From Candidatus Woesearchaeota archaeon (GTDB taxonomy: Archaea; Nanobdellota; Nanobdellia; Woesearchaeales; GW2011-AR9), in assembly GCA_018696595.1 (NCBI GenBank), contig JABHQW010000008.1, forward strand, positions 160,001-224,000: DNA of 64,000 nucleotides, in the 5' to 3' direction. Positions 9,608 to 18,711 of the stretch are shown here, piece by piece. The stretch's first letter is position 1. Each line of letters opens with the position of its first letter. The notes below the pieces were generated by a model. The model did not search any database. It worked only from the letters and a program-made list of their open reading frames with translations, and was not told where the DNA came from. The position numbers and the translations under genes are program-made.

Positions 9608-10663
9608 TCAACTCATGTCCTTAATCCCACTCTCTTCAACCATGAAACAAGTTTCACCGTCAGGTAAGTTAGGCGCGTCAATCAATTTAGCAACTCGACT
9701 ACCTTTTCTACCTTTTCTCAAATAGATTCTAAAAGTAGATGCGTGAGCAACAATATGCCCACCAATAGAAGCGGTTGGATCTCCAAAGAACTGATCTGGT
9801 TTAGCCATAACTTGATTTGTAACATAAACACAAATGTTATGTGAAGATGCAATCTTAGCTAAAGCATGCATGTGTCTGTTTAATTTCTGTTGTCTCTCTG
9901 CTAAAGTTCCCCGGCCAATAAATTCTGCCCTGAAATGAGAAGTTAAAGAATCAACAACGAGTAATCTTATTTTTTTACCTTGTTCTGTAACTAAACTATC
10001 AACTTTTTCAGTTAACAACATCTGGTGGTCTGTATTATAAGCACGAGCAACCATGATTCGACTTAATGCATCTTGTGGATCAATTCCTACGCCATGTGCT
10101 AGTTGAGTAATTCTCTCTGGCCTGAATGTGTTTTCAGTATCAAGATAAACCACATAAGCATTTGGATCTTCTTTAAGAGTGTTTACAGCTAAGATATGCC
10201 CAATTTGAGTCTTACCAGAACCAAACTCACCGAAACATTCAGTAATTGCATTGGTTTCAAAACCACCACCCATCAGATTATCAAATCCTTCTGAACCAGT
10301 ACGGATTTTACAAATTAATTCTCTTTTCTTCAATACGTCCATGCCGGTCTCAAAACCCATTTTCATACTATCTCTAGCGGCATTGATCATTTTTCGCCCC
10401 ACAGATTCTGAAACTCCTGCGGTTTCGGCTAATTGTCCTAATGTAGCAACGGCAATAGACATTAAATCTCTATAACCAGCAGATTCTAATTTTTCTGCAG
10501 TTGCTGCCCCCACTCCGGGAAGGTCTTGTATAGTTAACTTCTCCATTTTTGGTTCCTCAATAGGTTCAACTTCTTCTTTTACTTCTTTGATGGATTCTGC
10601 TTCTTCAATGTTAATTTCTTCTGTGTATTCTGGTGCCATTTGTTCAACTTTTTGTTTTGTCAT
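9608..10663 (-). CDS. radA: DNA repair and recombination protein RadA
   Basis: N-terminal HhH LPGVGAATAEKL; Walker A GEFGSGKTQ; YLDTENTFRPERI; VVDSL; RVAKLIDAPNLP. Confidence 0.97.
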   Translation of the reverse strand: MTKQKVEQMAPEYTEEINIEEAESIKEVKEEVEPIEEPKMEKLTIQDLPGVGAATAEKLESAGYRDLMSIAVATLGQLAETAGVSESVGRKMINAARDSMKMGFETGMDVLKKRELICKIRTGSEGFDNLMGGGFETNAITECFGEFGSGKTQIGHILAVNTLKEDPNAYVVYLDTENTFRPERITQLAHGVGIDPQDALSRIMVARAYNTDHQMLLTEKVDSLVTEQGKKIRLLVVDSLTSHFRAEFIGRGTLAERQQKLNRHMHALAKIASSHNICVYVTNQVMAKPDQFFGDPTASIGGHIVAHASTFRIYLRKGRKGSRVAKLIDAPNLPDGETCFMVEESGIKDMS

Positions 10664-10714
10664 TTTATTATATACCTCTTCATTATTAAATATTGTGGGA
10701 ATAGAGAATAACCT

Positions 10715-11002
10715 CTATACTTCTCCCTTAAACAATTCTTGTTCGTTAAGAACAATAAATTCGTAAGCTTTCTGCAATACTACATTAGCTTTCGGTAAAT
10801 CATTCGTTCTCATAGAATTTGTTGTCTGCCAATTGTCATCTTTGTCCTTATAACATCTTTCGATGGCAACTGTGTGATATTCACCATTACCTTCTTTTGT
10901 TTTATTTCGCCAGACAGTAGCAGAAACTGCGCCTGCACGAAATCTTTTCTCGGGAAAGTTCCCGGGTACTTCTTCTACAACTACTTTTTGTTTTGTGTTC
11001 AT
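10715..11002 (-). CDS. small hypothetical protein, possibly a PC4/SpoVG-like nucleic-acid-binding fold (start trimmed from 11047 to the ATG at 11002)
   Basis: FRAGAVSATVWRN...YHTVAIERCYKDKDDNWQTTNSMRTNDLPKA; GAGGA RBS before ATG at 11002; directly upstream of radA. Confidence 0.6.
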   Translation of the reverse strand: MNTKQKVVVEEVPGNFPEKRFRAGAVSATVWRNKTKEGNGEYHTVAIERCYKDKDDNWQTTNSMRTNDLPKANVVLQKAYEFIVLNEQELFKGEV

Positions 11003-11188
11003 TTTATATTTCCTCTTCCTTTCGGTTTTTATTTCAACTAGTTGCAATTATACAACCAGCGAGGTTGCAATCAGTTTTGATTACATCTACTATAGTACAG
11101 AAACTAATTTATATAGCTTGTCCGAGGTTGTCTAGTGGCTGCATTGAAGCTCTGAAACAAGAATATTTTGATGATAGAAACGTTCTCG

Positions 11189-11214
11189 CACTAGACAAAG
11201 AGGGTTGTCTAGTG
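11189..11214 (-). terminator. perfect 10-bp hairpin just downstream of the transporter stop codon
   Basis: cactagacaa (11189-11198), 6-nt loop, ttgtctagtg (11205-11214). Confidence 0.5.
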
Positions 11215-11220
11215 GGTTAT

Positions 11221-12606
11221 TTAGAACAATAATTTCATTTGCAAAGCTAGAACAAATAAAGTAATAACAATTACAACCGGAATAATTAATATGCTGTAAG
11301 ATAAAAATTTCTTATAACTCATTTCAATTTTGTTAAACTTTAACATTTTAATCCACATTAATCCCGCTAAAGCCCCAAACAAAGTAAGATTATCGCCTAA
11401 ATTCGCTCCAACAATTAATGCCAATCCTTTATTCAAATTACCGTTTAAAGCTTGAGCAAAGAACATTGTCATTGGTTGATCAATCATTATATTGGCAGTG
11501 ATTGCAGAAAGAATTCCTGTAAAAAATATTTCTGAAAATATTCCCGTAAACTTACTCAATAAAATTGCTAGATAATTAGTCAACCCATAAATAGTAAACA
11601 AATGAATAATAATAAAAAATGAAGTGATTAGAGGTAATATCTTCCACGGCATACGATGAAAACTGACAAAAAATTCATTAACTTTAAATTTCCAATTATG
11701 TGCTAACATCATTAATTTTGTCTTCTGATGATGATATTGGTGTGATTGGAACTTTGTTTTCCAATGGTGAAATGAAAATAATAAATTAACAACTAAGAAA
11801 AATAAAGCAAAGCCAGTGGTTACCTGCCAAATTTCTAAATTCAAATATTCAGAAAATAGTAAAGAAACAAAAAATAAGGAAAAGAGAACCACACTAACAA
11901 CTGCTGCAACTTTATTCCTAATATATTTTGTATGGTCTAATTTCTTGATAACCCTAATCTTTCTTTCAATTTGTTTCCTGAAAACAAAGAACACTAACAA
12001 AGAAGTTATTACACCAGCAACAATTGTTGGAATAAACATTAATTTACTATATTCAAAGAAGCTTAAATTTAATGCTTGAGCAACAATAATGTTTGTTGGA
12101 CTACCAATATAAAGAATCATGCTCCAAGTGTTAGAAGCAAAAAATACTGCAATTAAGTAAGGCAGAGGATTAATTTTAGAATGTTTGGATAAATAAAGAA
12201 TTAAAGGAGTCATGGTTAAAGTAACAACATCATTGGAAGTGAAAATGGTTAAACAAGCAGTAAATAAAATCAAATAAAAGAATAATTTGTAACCATTATT
12301 CTTAGAGAACTTTAAAACCCGAAAAGAGAGATATTCAAAAAATCCAGTAGTATCTAAAGAGATGCAAACATAAGCAGCAGTAAAAAAGATTAATATTATT
12401 TGCCAAGGAACCAAATTATTTATTCCTTGCAAAGCTTCAAGAATCATAGAAAAATTTAACAAACCAATAAGCAATAAAACCAAGATTGCCAGAAGAGGAG
12501 CAATGCCATAATCAATTTTAATCCTTTTTATTTTAGGTTCTTTAATAATGGTGAACACTGTCGCAAAGAAAACTAATATCAATAAGATCTGTTGAACATC
12601 CATCAA
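11221..12606 (-). CDS. ArsB/NhaD-family (ion transporter superfamily) membrane permease
   Basis: Multiple TM helices; LDTTGFFEYL, FTSNDVVTLTMTP, SMILYIGSPTNII, GANLGDNLTLFGALAGLMW. Confidence 0.85.
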   Translation of the reverse strand: MMDVQQILLILVFFATVFTIIKEPKIKRIKIDYGIAPLLAILVLLLIGLLNFSMILEALQGINNLVPWQIILIFFTAAYVCISLDTTGFFEYLSFRVLKFSKNNGYKLFFYLILFTACLTIFTSNDVVTLTMTPLILYLSKHSKINPLPYLIAVFFASNTWSMILYIGSPTNIIVAQALNLSFFEYSKLMFIPTIVAGVITSLLVFFVFRKQIERKIRVIKKLDHTKYIRNKVAAVVSVVLFSLFFVSLLFSEYLNLEIWQVTTGFALFFLVVNLLFSFHHWKTKFQSHQYHHQKTKLMMLAHNWKFKVNEFFVSFHRMPWKILPLITSFFIIIHLFTIYGLTNYLAILLSKFTGIFSEIFFTGILSAITANIMIDQPMTMFFAQALNGNLNKGLALIVGANLGDNLTLFGALAGLMWIKMLKFNKIEMSYKKFLSYSILIIPVVIVITLFVLALQMKLLF

Positions 12607-12718
12607 ATAAAAGATATTTCTTTTCTTTATTAATATTTCTTAAACCCTAGACCAATAGGTTTACCCCCCAGCAGTAATAAACGAGGAAACATTTATAAAC
12701 TAGAAAAACAATTTAGCT

Positions 12719-13561
12719 ATGATGATAAAGTTTGCCACAATATGTACTTTAGTTGCAACATTAATGACTAATGGAGTAGATAAATTAGAGAGTAAACCCA
12801 TTCAAACTCCCTTTGAAGAAACTTGCCCAGAAGTACAACACCCAAAGGATTTAGAACCATACAGATTGCGAGATCCAACGGTCGTGTTTGAAAGTGTTGA
12901 ACGTTACAATTCATGTGGTGGAAACATTTCAATGGAAGTTGGACCAGGAGGATGGGGCTTAGAAACATGTACAAATGAGGAAAAAATAATAGACTTTTGT
13001 GAGGGGAATTATTTTTCTTTAGAACAAAAAGGTAATGGACCAATATATGTTTACTGTTCTAGTGCAGAGTATTTAGCCACACATTGGGAAGAGGAACAAC
13101 AATCACATTCTTGGATACAAAAACACTTAGAACTTTTTGATACACTCGAAACCGAATATGAATTGCCTCGAGGAACTATTGCCGCAGTTGCTGCCCCAAG
13201 AGGATTTGAATCCCCAAAAGAAGATAGAGTAAATGAGTACACGGGAGAAGTGGGTTATTTTCAATTAGATAGAAAAACTGGTAAAAGAGTGGGCTTAGAA
13301 GTTGCACCTAAAACATTCTTAGAAATAATCCTTTCTATGGAAAGTAGTCAAATTAGTGCAGAAAACGATCAACGATTAAATCTTACAGTAACAGCCGAGA
13401 AATTAGCCCAAGCAATTTCAGAAGAATATTCAATAGTGAAAGACATGGATTTGGCCTTAAAACAAGTCTTAAGAGATAATGCACCGACAATAGAAAGAAT
13501 TAATTATATTCAAACTTTATTAAGTGGACCTCATTGCGAAAGTAGTTATCAAATAAATTAA
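12719..13561 (+). CDS. secreted protein with a divergent lytic-transglycosylase (SLT)-like segment
   Basis: N-terminal signal; ETEYELPRGTIAAVAAPRGFES...GEVGYFQL...TGKRVGL resembles SLT motifs I and II. Confidence 0.5.
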   Translation: MMIKFATICTLVATLMTNGVDKLESKPIQTPFEETCPEVQHPKDLEPYRLRDPTVVFESVERYNSCGGNISMEVGPGGWGLETCTNEEKIIDFCEGNYFSLEQKGNGPIYVYCSSAEYLATHWEEEQQSHSWIQKHLELFDTLETEYELPRGTIAAVAAPRGFESPKEDRVNEYTGEVGYFQLDRKTGKRVGLEVAPKTFLEIILSMESSQISAENDQRLNLTVTAEKLAQAISEEYSIVKDMDLALKQVLRDNAPTIERINYIQTLLSGPHCESSYQIN

Positions 13562-13563
13562 AT

Positions 13564-14022
13564 TCAAAACAGTAATTCTTTAGCAATCAAAATAACCATT
13601 CCAAATAGAACAACCCATTCCCCAATCCCACCAACTCTGATCCATCCTCTTATTTTAAAATCAGAAAGAGGATAAAAAATCTTTATCCCCATTGGAGTTA
13701 TCATATCTCCAAACAAATGAGAAAGATAACCAATTAAAATTGCAAAAGCATAATAACTGTTCCAGAAAATCGCAGTTATTAAGAAAAATCCCAAAGCCAT
13801 AAACACTGAATGAAATATTCCCCGATGTTTAAATGTAAAACTGATTATACTTCCAATTATCCCAGACGCTTTCTTAATTTTACTTTTACCATCATCAATG
13901 TCTGGAAACACTGAAGCCAATAAAACTAGAAGAAAGAATATTATTTCATTTCCTCCAGAGAAAAAATTCTTTGTTAAAATGAAAGCTACAATTCCAATCA
14001 TTAAGTGTGTATAAAAAAGCAT
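13564..14022 (-). CDS. YdjM-like membrane-bound metal-dependent hydrolase
   Basis: THLMIG, FPDID, HRGIFHS, GYLSHLFGDMITPMG. Confidence 0.88.
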   Translation of the reverse strand: MLFYTHLMIGIVAFILTKNFFSGGNEIIFFLLVLLASVFPDIDDGKSKIKKASGIIGSIISFTFKHRGIFHSVFMALGFFLITAIFWNSYYAFAILIGYLSHLFGDMITPMGIKIFYPLSDFKIRGWIRVGGIGEWVVLFGMVILIAKELLF

Positions 14023-14062
14023 GATAAAGAGGATTTCTTAATACTTAATTAATCTTCTTCTT

Positions 14063-15124
14063 TTATTCTTCTTTATCAGCAGATTCAGTTGTTTCAGTAG
14101 ATTCAGGCCCTTTAACTTCTTCAACTTTCTCAGCAGTTTCTGTTTTCTCAACAGCTTCAATAACCGCTTCTACTTTCTCAATCTCTTCTTGAGGTTTAGC
14201 TTTCTCAACAACCTGGGCGTTAAATTCCATCCGATCAAACATATCATTCTTTTTTACACGGCCCATTAACTTGAACTGTTCTCCTAATAAATCTGTTTTC
14301 AAAGATTCAAAAGAAGCCAAATCATCTTTAAACTTAGCCATGTCTTCTTCAGCTTTGTCCAATAAATGGTTAGTTTGATTTTTCCAAAATACTGCTCGAA
14401 TTGTTCCAGTACCATCATCTAAAACAGCATTAAGAACGTATGATAATGCTGGAGTAACTCCTGCTTCTTCTCCTTCCCTAATTCTTCTTCCAGATTCGGG
14501 ATGGACCATAAAAAAGCGAGGATCGAACACTTGTACTACAGTGCCTAAAATTTCTACTCCGTCAGCATTATCATTAAGATCGGCAATGGTCTTTCTTTCA
14601 AAAGAATTACTTTGCCGAACTGTTTCCACTTTTTCCCCTTCTGGATTAACTTTAATATCTCCTCTGTCACCCAAATGGATTTCTTTATTGTTGTTATTCT
14701 CACGAACGTAAGCGTTCTCAACCAAAATAATATCATCTTGGTTAACATTTTGTAATAAATCAACTTGTTCATTCCAAAATACCACTCTTGTTGTACCCGT
14801 TTCATCCCCAATAATCAAAGAACAAACTTTTCCTGTTGAATCTCCTTTTTGAAATTCATGAACATCAAATTTTCTGACAACTTTACCAACAGTAGAAACA
14901 TTACGCATCCCTGCATAAATTTCTTTAATTTTTAATTTAGTCTGTTTATCAGAAATTAATTCAATTCCTAATTCGTTAGCAATGATATGTGCTGCACCTT
15001 CTTCGCTGATTAACCCAGATAACTCTGTGATTTTAGCTTGAATTTTTTCATTTAGTTTTTCAGAATCTAATTTGCCAGAAGCAATAATTTTTTCTTTTAA
15101 GTCATTTATAGGAATTTTATACAT
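14063..15124 (-). CDS. rpa: replication protein A (multi-OB-fold ssDNA-binding protein)
   Basis: N-terminal SGLISEEGAAHIIANELG; OB1 IIGDETGTTRVVFWN; OB2 VLDDGTGTIRAVFW. Confidence 0.88.
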   Translation of the reverse strand: MYKIPINDLKEKIIASGKLDSEKLNEKIQAKITELSGLISEEGAAHIIANELGIELISDKQTKLKIKEIYAGMRNVSTVGKVVRKFDVHEFQKGDSTGKVCSLIIGDETGTTRVVFWNEQVDLLQNVNQDDIILVENAYVRENNNNKEIHLGDRGDIKVNPEGEKVETVRQSNSFERKTIADLNDNADGVEILGTVVQVFDPRFFMVHPESGRRIREGEEAGVTPALSYVLNAVLDDGTGTIRAVFWKNQTNHLLDKAEEDMAKFKDDLASFESLKTDLLGEQFKLMGRVKKNDMFDRMEFNAQVVEKAKPQEEIEKVEAVIEAVEKTETAEKVEEVKGPESTETTESADKEE

Positions 15125-15206
15125 ATTAACACCACCCTTTTACTGACTTTTATTATCTAACTTTGCTTTATAAGAATTTGTGTTTTTAAGGATATACTAA
15201 GAATAA

Positions 15207-16379
15207 TCAGCTTAAACCAACAAACCCTTCAACTAAAGATTCTTTCCCATCTTGAACAGAAGTAACTGTAAATACAGTTTCAGAGATTTCTTCATCTTTA
15301 AATTGATAAACAACTTTATCAGAACAAAGATAAGCCTTATTCAACTCCTTCACTTCAGGACAATTTCCATTAGTTTTAAAACTGAATATTTTCTGATAAT
15401 TGAAATTTGGTTTAGCTGTAAATACTTCACTTGCAGTATTAGGGAAACTATTACTACTTTTAACAGCAAGCCAGTCAGTATAATAAAAATTATAACTTTC
15501 TATACCACTTACTGGAATAAATTCAATAGCAGTTACATTAGTAACAGAATCAAAAGTAACAATAAGATCTTCAGGAGAGAAAGGTAAAGCAGGACTAAAG
15601 TCTAATGCTAACTGAAATTTATTATTTTCATTTACTTGAACACAAAATGGAACTTTACGATCTTGTTCTTCATAATTGTCCGCCCCACAAAATTCATAAC
15701 CCCAACTTCCCATTTTATTCTTATCCAGACAAGACTTTAAATCTTTACTATTCATACAGGTATTAACCAAAACTTCGGCTTGATTTCTAACTTTAATATA
15801 ACCTTGACCAAAAAATGAACCAACTTTAACTTTGAAATTAGGATTGTAAAAATAGTTTAAATAAAATGGTTTTAACACATAAGACTCATAACTGGAAAAT
15901 AAACCCGTGTTCTTTAATTCCAGAGGAATAGCATCCCAAGAAGAAGTGATGACTTTTTTTTTACTACTTTTACCAATCAAATAACCCTCTGAAAAGAAAA
16001 CCTGATCGTAAGTAATTCCTGTTTCAGAAATGACATAATCGTTTATCTTATTCTTTATACTTTCATCGGCTTGTAATTCACAAAAACCATTTTCTTTATT
16101 CCAAAAAGGATAATTCTTTTTGTAAATACCACAACCAAAATCGTTCGCCAGCTCCTCTTTAGATAAACCTTGTACTGCCAAACCAACTGCACTTCTCGCA
16201 TTTTGATCAATAAATAATAAATCTTTTTCTGCATCTAATGTTGCACGAACAAAACTAAGCTGCCAGACACCTTTTGTTTCTGTACCTAAATCAAGATTAA
16301 CAACTAGTAAAAAGTACAACCCAATGGATGCAATTACACCAAACAGGATCCAATGAAATACTGCTCCTTTCTTGTTCAT
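15207..16379 (-). CDS. class III signal peptide pilin-like protein, 390 aa, with Cys-containing body and FN3-like C-terminus
   Basis: MNKKG/AVFHWILFGVIASIGLYFLLVV. Confidence 0.75.
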   Translation of the reverse strand: MNKKGAVFHWILFGVIASIGLYFLLVVNLDLGTETKGVWQLSFVRATLDAEKDLLFIDQNARSAVGLAVQGLSKEELANDFGCGIYKKNYPFWNKENGFCELQADESIKNKINDYVISETGITYDQVFFSEGYLIGKSSKKKVITSSWDAIPLELKNTGLFSSYESYVLKPFYLNYFYNPNFKVKVGSFFGQGYIKVRNQAEVLVNTCMNSKDLKSCLDKNKMGSWGYEFCGADNYEEQDRKVPFCVQVNENNKFQLALDFSPALPFSPEDLIVTFDSVTNVTAIEFIPVSGIESYNFYYTDWLAVKSSNSFPNTASEVFTAKPNFNYQKIFSFKTNGNCPEVKELNKAYLCSDKVVYQFKDEEISETVFTVTSVQDGKESLVEGFVGLS

Positions 16380-16385
16380 TTTTAT

Positions 16386-16730
16386 TTAACCTACAATTGG
16401 AATTGGATCCCCTGAAGAATCTATTCCTGCAACGTAAGGATCTTGTGCATAAAGTTTTTCTACATCTACAACCCCATACTGTTTAACATCTTGATAACGT
16501 TGTTCTAAAAACATTGTGTAAAAACCTTGTTCAACAAAAATTCTTTCATTAACTAAAAAGTCAGCAGTTTGTTGATTCTTTTCTAAATGATCTTTAACAT
16601 ACTCTTGTCTTTCTGAGATACTACCATTAATAACTACACCAAGAAACATTAAAATGAAGATTGCTGCAAATATCGTAATAATATAATCAAATAAGTCATC
16701 CAACATCCCCTTTTTATTCATTCTGATCAT
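16386..16730 (-). CDS. class III signal peptide pilin-like protein
   Basis: MNKKG/MLDDLFDYIITIFAAIFILMFLGVVI. Confidence 0.75.
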   Translation of the reverse strand: MIRMNKKGMLDDLFDYIITIFAAIFILMFLGVVINGSISERQEYVKDHLEKNQQTADFLVNERIFVEQGFYTMFLEQRYQDVKQYGVVDVEKLYAQDPYVAGIDSSGDPIPIVG

Positions 16731-17209
16731 GTTGATGGTGCCCCCAATCTTACTTGTACCTTAATTTGTAAAGTATCTGCTTCAAACTTAGTTCCATCCC
16801 AAACCATAACTTTCTTTTCGAGAACAAAAACATCTTGATCAAGGTAATTATTTGTGGCAACAAATAAATCTTTCTTAACCAGCGTTAATCCAAAATTGTA
16901 ATCTTTGTGTCCTTCATCTTTATTAGTAAAATAACATTCATCCATTTGTCCCTTATTAAATTTGGTGAGATCTATACTCCCTGCATAAACTCTTTCAGTT
17001 AAAGGTTCTTGATAAGCAAAACATTCAGGAATATTACTAAAACGTAAAGCAATAAATTCTGCTTTCATATCTGGAGGAGTGTAAGTTAATTTATTCCGAT
17101 AACCAGCAAGTAATATAGCATAAGCGATTATAATCATCGTAATGATAAAACCCATAATTAACCAAAAGATTGTTTTTCTTGCTGCTTCGAACTGCCCTTT
17201 CTTGTTCAT
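16727..17209 (-). CDS. class III signal peptide pilin-like protein (start trimmed from 17257)
   Basis: MNKKG/QFEAARKTIFWLIMGFIITMIIIAYAILL begins at ATG 17209. Confidence 0.75.
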   Translation of the reverse strand: MNKKGQFEAARKTIFWLIMGFIITMIIIAYAILLAGYRNKLTYTPPDMKAEFIALRFSNIPECFAYQEPLTERVYAGSIDLTKFNKGQMDECYFTNKDEGHKDYNFGLTLVKKDLFVATNNYLDQDVFVLEKKVMVWDGTKFEADTLQIKVQVRLGAPST

Positions 17210-17232
17210 CTTTTTATAATCAAGCAATTTAA

Positions 17233-17643
17233 TCAATTTGGAATGACCTCTTGACAATTTTTTAATTCAATCAAATATCCTTGTTTAATTAAACAAACTC
17301 TTTTAGCATTCTCAATAGTTCCAGTTGCAGAATATTTTTTTGGAAGATAAAAAAGTCTAACCTCGGCAGTCTGAGCAATGTCTCCTGCACTAAGTACCGT
17401 TATACTTCCCTTACTTAAAATAAAAGTGAATTGTTCCACATCAAGGGGATATTCAACTTTTGAGTCTCCGTGAGTTCCAATTAATGTGTTAGTCATCATT
17501 GCTAAATCTTCAGCAACATTGATCTTAAGAACTTTATCAGAACTAGCATAACCATAAGCAACTTTAGAAGTAGAAAAGACTACAGCAATAACAATTAACA
17601 ATTCAAAAATAATCATCAAAATAGTATTTGCTTTCTTGTTCAT
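17233..17643 (-). CDS. class III signal peptide pilin-like protein
   Basis: MNKKA/NTILMIIFELLIVIAVVF. Confidence 0.75.
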   Translation of the reverse strand: MNKKANTILMIIFELLIVIAVVFSTSKVAYGYASSDKVLKINVAEDLAMMTNTLIGTHGDSKVEYPLDVEQFTFILSKGSITVLSAGDIAQTAEVRLFYLPKKYSATGTIENAKRVCLIKQGYLIELKNCQEVIPN

Positions 17644-17652
17644 TTTTTATCT

Positions 17653-18357
17653 CTATTGTTCGTTGATTAAAGCTTTATCTTCGCCAACTTTCTCAATTAG
17701 AATGTTCACTCTTCTGGCAGAATTCTTATAACAAACTTTTTTATAATTTTGATCATCCGGACCTGGACAAACCACATCCCGATCGATAAAGAATCCGCCA
17801 GCACATTGATAAGATTCTAAATTAACAGGAATTCCAACACCACAAGTTCCAACTTTATCTTTATGATAATCAACTTCAAATTCAACTTTTCTACAATCTG
17901 CAGTTATTGGTTTGATCAACACTTTAACATAATCATTTTCTATTCTTGCTGGATCAACTTCAACTGAACCAAACAAACAGAAACAACCCTTAAAATCAAA
18001 ATCTTGATTTAGTTCTTCTGGCGTAGGTTCACAAATTACTGGGCGTTCAATAATTATTTTATGATCTATCATCTTACTGCTAGTTGATTCTGCATCTACC
18101 ACAATCTGTGGCCCAGAAAAATAAGCAATAACAGTTTCTGAATCCATGATTAAAGCATAATTTCTGATTTTATCATCTTCTTCACTATTGTAAATAGTAC
18201 CATAAATCTCATCTACAAAAGTGTTATAATTCCCTTTGGCTTCTCCAGAAACACGTAACACTTTTGAAACCCCACAAGAAGTAAAAGTAAATAGCATAAT
18301 TGCTAGAACAGTTACTGCTATAAATTGTACCATCATTGCTTTCTTGTTCATTTTCAT
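17653..18357 (-). CDS. class III signal peptide pilin-like protein, Cys-rich body
   Basis: MKMNKKA/MMVQFIAVTVLAIMLFTF. Confidence 0.75.
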   Translation of the reverse strand: MKMNKKAMMVQFIAVTVLAIMLFTFTSCGVSKVLRVSGEAKGNYNTFVDEIYGTIYNSEEDDKIRNYALIMDSETVIAYFSGPQIVVDAESTSSKMIDHKIIIERPVICEPTPEELNQDFDFKGCFCLFGSVEVDPARIENDYVKVLIKPITADCRKVEFEVDYHKDKVGTCGVGIPVNLESYQCAGGFFIDRDVVCPGPDDQNYKKVCYKNSARRVNILIEKVGEDKALINEQ

Positions 18358-18675
18358 TTATTCTTTACACTGTTTTAATTCTTCTTCAGTACATTTGTAT
18401 TTTGTTTCAAGTTCCTCTTTTTTAGTATTTCTTGGACAACCATCAATCTCTGAACCAGCATCTCCGGCCTTACAAGGACATTTATCAAACATATCTGCAA
18501 CATTATCATTATCACAATCATTTAATCCTGTAACTTTGTCTTTAATACTATCAAATGCATCATCACCGGTTCCTTTGAACCAGATCATAAGAAATATCAT
18601 TACTAAAATTGCTAGAACTGCGGCTACAATAATCCACCACATCTGTTGCGATCCTTTTTTATTATTAAAAATCAT
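18358..18675 (-). CDS. pilin-like protein with a thrombospondin type-3-like Ca-binding repeat (start trimmed from the GTG at 18684)
   Basis: MIFNNKKG/SQQMWWIIVAAVLAILVMIFLMIWF; DCDNDNVADMFDKCP...DGCP; GAGGTG RBS before ATG 18675. Confidence 0.78.
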   Translation of the reverse strand: MIFNNKKGSQQMWWIIVAAVLAILVMIFLMIWFKGTGDDAFDSIKDKVTGLNDCDNDNVADMFDKCPCKAGDAGSEIDGCPRNTKKEELETKYKCTEEELKQCKE

Positions 18676-18711
18676 CTTATCCACCTCTTTTTTAAATTAA
18701 ATAATTGTAAT

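Noticed and set aside
11041-11215. Possible degenerate CRISPR mini-array (gaggttg/ggttgtctagtgg at 63 and 77 bp spacing)
   Set aside because: Only 7-13 bp shared, at most three units, and no cas genes in the window; kept only as a structured-leader finding
18236-18700. 154-aa plus-strand ORF and the many other short ORFs nested in or opposite long genes (e.g. 9203-9496, 10251-10475, 46742-46987, 56162-56452, 58256-58576)
   Set aside because: Shadow ORFs of well-supported genes
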